DNA of 64,000 bases. It comes from a bacterium. Its GTDB lineage: Bacteria > Patescibacteriota > Patescibacteriia > JACQRZ01. The notes beneath the pieces are model-generated. The model had not been told where the DNA came from. It made no database searches and worked only from the letters and a program-made list of their open reading frames with translations. Shown piece by piece: positions 62,096-64,000 of this stretch. The number at the start of each line of letters is the position of its first letter. Within the stretch, counting starts at the first letter, position 1. The position numbers and the translations under genes are program-made. The stretch covers positions 5,764 to 69,763 of the forward strand of contig JAUYIE010000005.1 in the NCBI GenBank assembly GCA_030688365.1. The letters run 5' to 3'.

Positions 62096-62824
62096 TTAGG
62101 AGACTACCTCACGGAGGCGCAAATTGTCATTGTAGTTGTCAGTGTTGTACCAGTTCACCTTGACCTTACCATCGTTGAAGTTGACGTTGGGAACGTTACC
62201 GTCCACATTGCGAGAACCCGCACAAAGTGTGTAATTTTTTACATCGAGATGTCTTTTTTTCTCCCAATATTTCAAAAGCCCAAGTAAAAGACGTTCCCTC
62301 ACCGTTACACCCTTAATGCTCTTTTCCTTAGCCTTATCTGCCGAAATGTTGGCATATTTTCTGTTAGGCTCAATTGAGCCTTCTACCCAGACAATCTGCA
62401 TACCTTTAGCAGGATCACGCTCAAGATCCGTCACAACTTCATCTAAAGAACGTCCTCCGTATCCGTAAATGGTAATTTCGATCTTTAATTTGGCATATCC
62501 ATCCAATATTTCCTTGTGGGTCACACCCTCAGGGATTATTACCAACTGCCATCCTTTTCCCCGAGGACATTCAGGGATCATATTTTCATCAATGTCGATG
62601 TCCCTATTAAAAACATCTTTAAAAAACTTTTTTTGTTGAGTGATAACATCAAAAATATTTTCTGGATTCTCTGCTGCTTTTTTTTGAGATTCCTGATTCG
62701 AGGCAATAATTTTTTTGACCTTTTCAAGTTTATCTTGAGGAAGTGTCAAAATGTCACTATAATCAATTCCTATCTGCTCTAATGCAAGAGCAACAGAATC
62801 GGCAACGGCGATGATTTTATTCAT
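62096..62824 (-). CDS. Candidate DGR target protein with C-terminal variable region
   Basis: C-terminus TLCAGSRNVDGNVPNVNFNDGKVKVNWYNTDNYNDNLRLREVVS, Asn/Asp/Tyr-rich as in C-type-lectin/FGE-like DGR variable domains. Confidence 0.6.
   Translation of the reverse strand: MNKIIAVADSVALALEQIGIDYSDILTLPQDKLEKVKKIIASNQESQKKAAENPENIFDVITQQKKFFKDVFNRDIDIDENMIPECPRGKGWQLVIIPEGVTHKEILDGYAKLKIEITIYGYGGRSLDEVVTDLERDPAKGMQIVWVEGSIEPNRKYANISADKAKEKSIKGVTVRERLLLGLLKYWEKKRHLDVKNYTLCAGSRNVDGNVPNVNFNDGKVKVNWYNTDNYNDNLRLREVVS
62099..62230 (-). repeat. Putative DGR variable repeat (VR) at the 3' end of 62096..62824
   Basis: Coding strand AAT GTG GAC GGT AAC GTT CCC AAC GTC AAC TTC AAC GAT GGT AAG GTC AAG GTG AAC TGG TAC AAC ACT GAC AAC TAC AAT GAC AAT then GC-rich TTGCGCCTCCGTGAGG; AAC and single-A variants dominate. 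Confidence 0.5.
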
Positions 62825-62985
62825 TATTTTCTCCTATTTCCGAGCTACGCTCGTTTTAAAATTACAATACGATGAACGGAGTAAAGCATATTTTACCATT
62901 TTTGTCAAGAATGTTAGGGACAATATGCCATAAATATAACAAAAGACTCCCTATTCGGATAACATAATTTATGAGGATCGATCAA

Positions 62986-63309
62986 CTACTGACCATTAGG
63001 TGTAATCATTTTCTTTGACAAACTTATATTCGGCTCTCTCCCATACTCCGGCGTGACCACATTGCCGACGGGAACTTTCTTGACCTCAATTATACCAAGC
63101 GCGACGGTCTGCGCAACAGGTCGATCTTCAATCATAGGAATACCAACCACAGGGATCCCTAGTCCAAACGACAATGTATTTCCAACAACAATCCCACTCC
63201 GCAGTGCAGAAAACGCCCCAGGGCCACTGTTTACCACAATACCCTTAAGCGATTCCAATGTCACCCCATTTTCTTTCAAACCTTGCTGAATGCCTTTGAG
63301 TGGATCCAT
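62986..63309 (-). pseudogene. tsaB: N-terminally truncated TsaB/YeaZ homologue
   Basis: LKGIVVNSGPGAFSALRSGIVVGNTLSFGLGIPVVGI matches the TsaB core; upstream frame closed by stops, missing the ~30-40 N-terminal residues; short at ~107 aa. Confidence 0.45.
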
Positions 63310-63651
63310 ATGACCGTTGCCTCGTATATTTATCAATATATGATACTGGCACTTCTATATGTTGGTATGCTTCTGAACCAGGTGCAATTATGCGACATTT
63401 TGGGATCTTTATATCCTTTGACAAGGAAACTCTGTCGGCTTTATAGGTAAATAGAGACCTTTCTGCCTTAAAGAACGACACCGATCTAACCAGCTATGAC
63501 CCGGTTTTATATCAATCTTGTATCGTTTTTTACCCAGCGAGAGTGTGGGAGAGACTCGAATTAGTGTATTACTTTTCATTATTTCATCCCCTATTTTCAA
63601 AATGAACTAGATATCTAGATAGTAAGGTTTTACGTCAATGTAGTCAAACCC

Positions 63652-64000
63652 CTATTTCGTCATAACCAAAAATACGATATACGCAACATACAGTCCAACC
63701 ATCATGATCCCCTGCCAACGTTCCACGACATGTCGTTTCCCCAAAAACATTATAATAAACAAAAGTGCACTGGCACCGATAGTCATCAAAATGTCACCAT
63801 TTGAACTATCATCAAATGGCAATGGACGCACAAGAGCGGAAAAACCCAATATCCAAAATATATTAAAAATGTTTGACCCGACGACATTTCCAATCGCAAT
63901 ATCTGTTTGTTTTTTAAATGCCGCGACAGCAGATGTGGCAAGTTCTGGCAAAGACGTACCAATAGCGACAATCGTCAACCCGATCAATGACTGACTAATA
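63652..64000 (-). CDS. Na+/Ca2+ exchanger (CaCA) family membrane protein; C-terminal part, start beyond window end
   Basis: Alpha-repeat GTSLPELATSAVAAFKKQTDIAIGNVVGSNIFNI. Confidence 0.7.
   Translation of the reverse strand, partial: ISQSLIGLTIVAIGTSLPELATSAVAAFKKQTDIAIGNVVGSNIFNIFWILGFSALVRPLPFDDSSNGDILMTIGASALLFIIMFLGKRHVVERWQGIMMVGLYVAYIVFLVMTK

Noticed and set aside
63409-63600. Minus-strand 56-63 aa ORF (MKSNTLIRVSPTLSLGKKRYKIDIKPGHSW...) with AGGGGA RBS
   Set aside because: No family recognised; lies in the disrupted region upstream of truncated tsaB. Left as unannotated possible small ORF.
58300-64000. Search for a DGR template repeat matching 62099-62230
   Set aside because: No AAC- or GTT-rich near-copy, and no second copy of the GGAGACTACCTCACGGAGGCGCAA 3' end, could be found by eye on either strand; TR reported as not located rather than invented.
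1-64000. CRISPR arrays, rRNA genes
   Set aside because: No short regularly spaced direct repeats and no rRNA-like conserved segments were seen; the only repeat family is the ~215 bp structured element at 30-34 kb.

Overview
This 64 kb window is AT-rich and gene-dense, and almost everything is coded on the minus strand. It reads like a small streamlined bacterial chromosome, and the gene set looks CPR/Patescibacteria-like (inference: short dnaX, DUF4012-like protein, many glycosyltransferases, a DGR). TGA is not a sense codon for the core genes: long standard-code ORFs such as a 655 aa DnaK and an 856 aa ATPase are intact. Core content: ftsX/ftsE, two tRNAs (Gly-CCC, Thr-CGT), rplJ-rplL with a structured leader, mltG, PAP2, rseP, frr, holB, mreB, a GT4/GT2 envelope-polysaccharide cluster including a processive QxxRW GT2, pepA, engB, an OmpR/HisKA two-component pair, dnaX, the hrcA-grpE-hsp20-dnaK-dnaJ operon with CIRCE, tsaC, lexA-dinB with a GAAC-N4-GTTC operator, and mraZ-rsmH-ftsL-ftsI-murF. 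Three accessory regions stand out. (1) 29.2-34.3 kb: a decaying integrative element beside tRNA-Gln(CTG). It has a large serine recombinase interrupted by an in-frame TGA, a DinD-like gene with a hypothetical partner, and three copies of a ~215 bp GC-rich structured repeat, two of which form an inverted pair around the cargo. A second short recombinase relic sits beside tRNA-Glu at ~53.0-53.5 kb. (2) 58.6-63.4 kb: an accessory block containing a diversity-generating retroelement: a reverse transcriptase with the LGxxxSQ motif, an Avd-like four-helix-bundle gene, and a target gene with an Asn/AAC-rich C-terminal VR followed by a GC hairpin; no template repeat was found in the window. The same block carries a HEPN/MNT toxin-antitoxin pair, NUDIX, DUF1653 and a truncated tsaB. 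(3) 35.4-42.1 kb: a VirD4/TraD-like membrane ATPase cluster with a large surface protein. No rRNA and no CRISPR array were seen.
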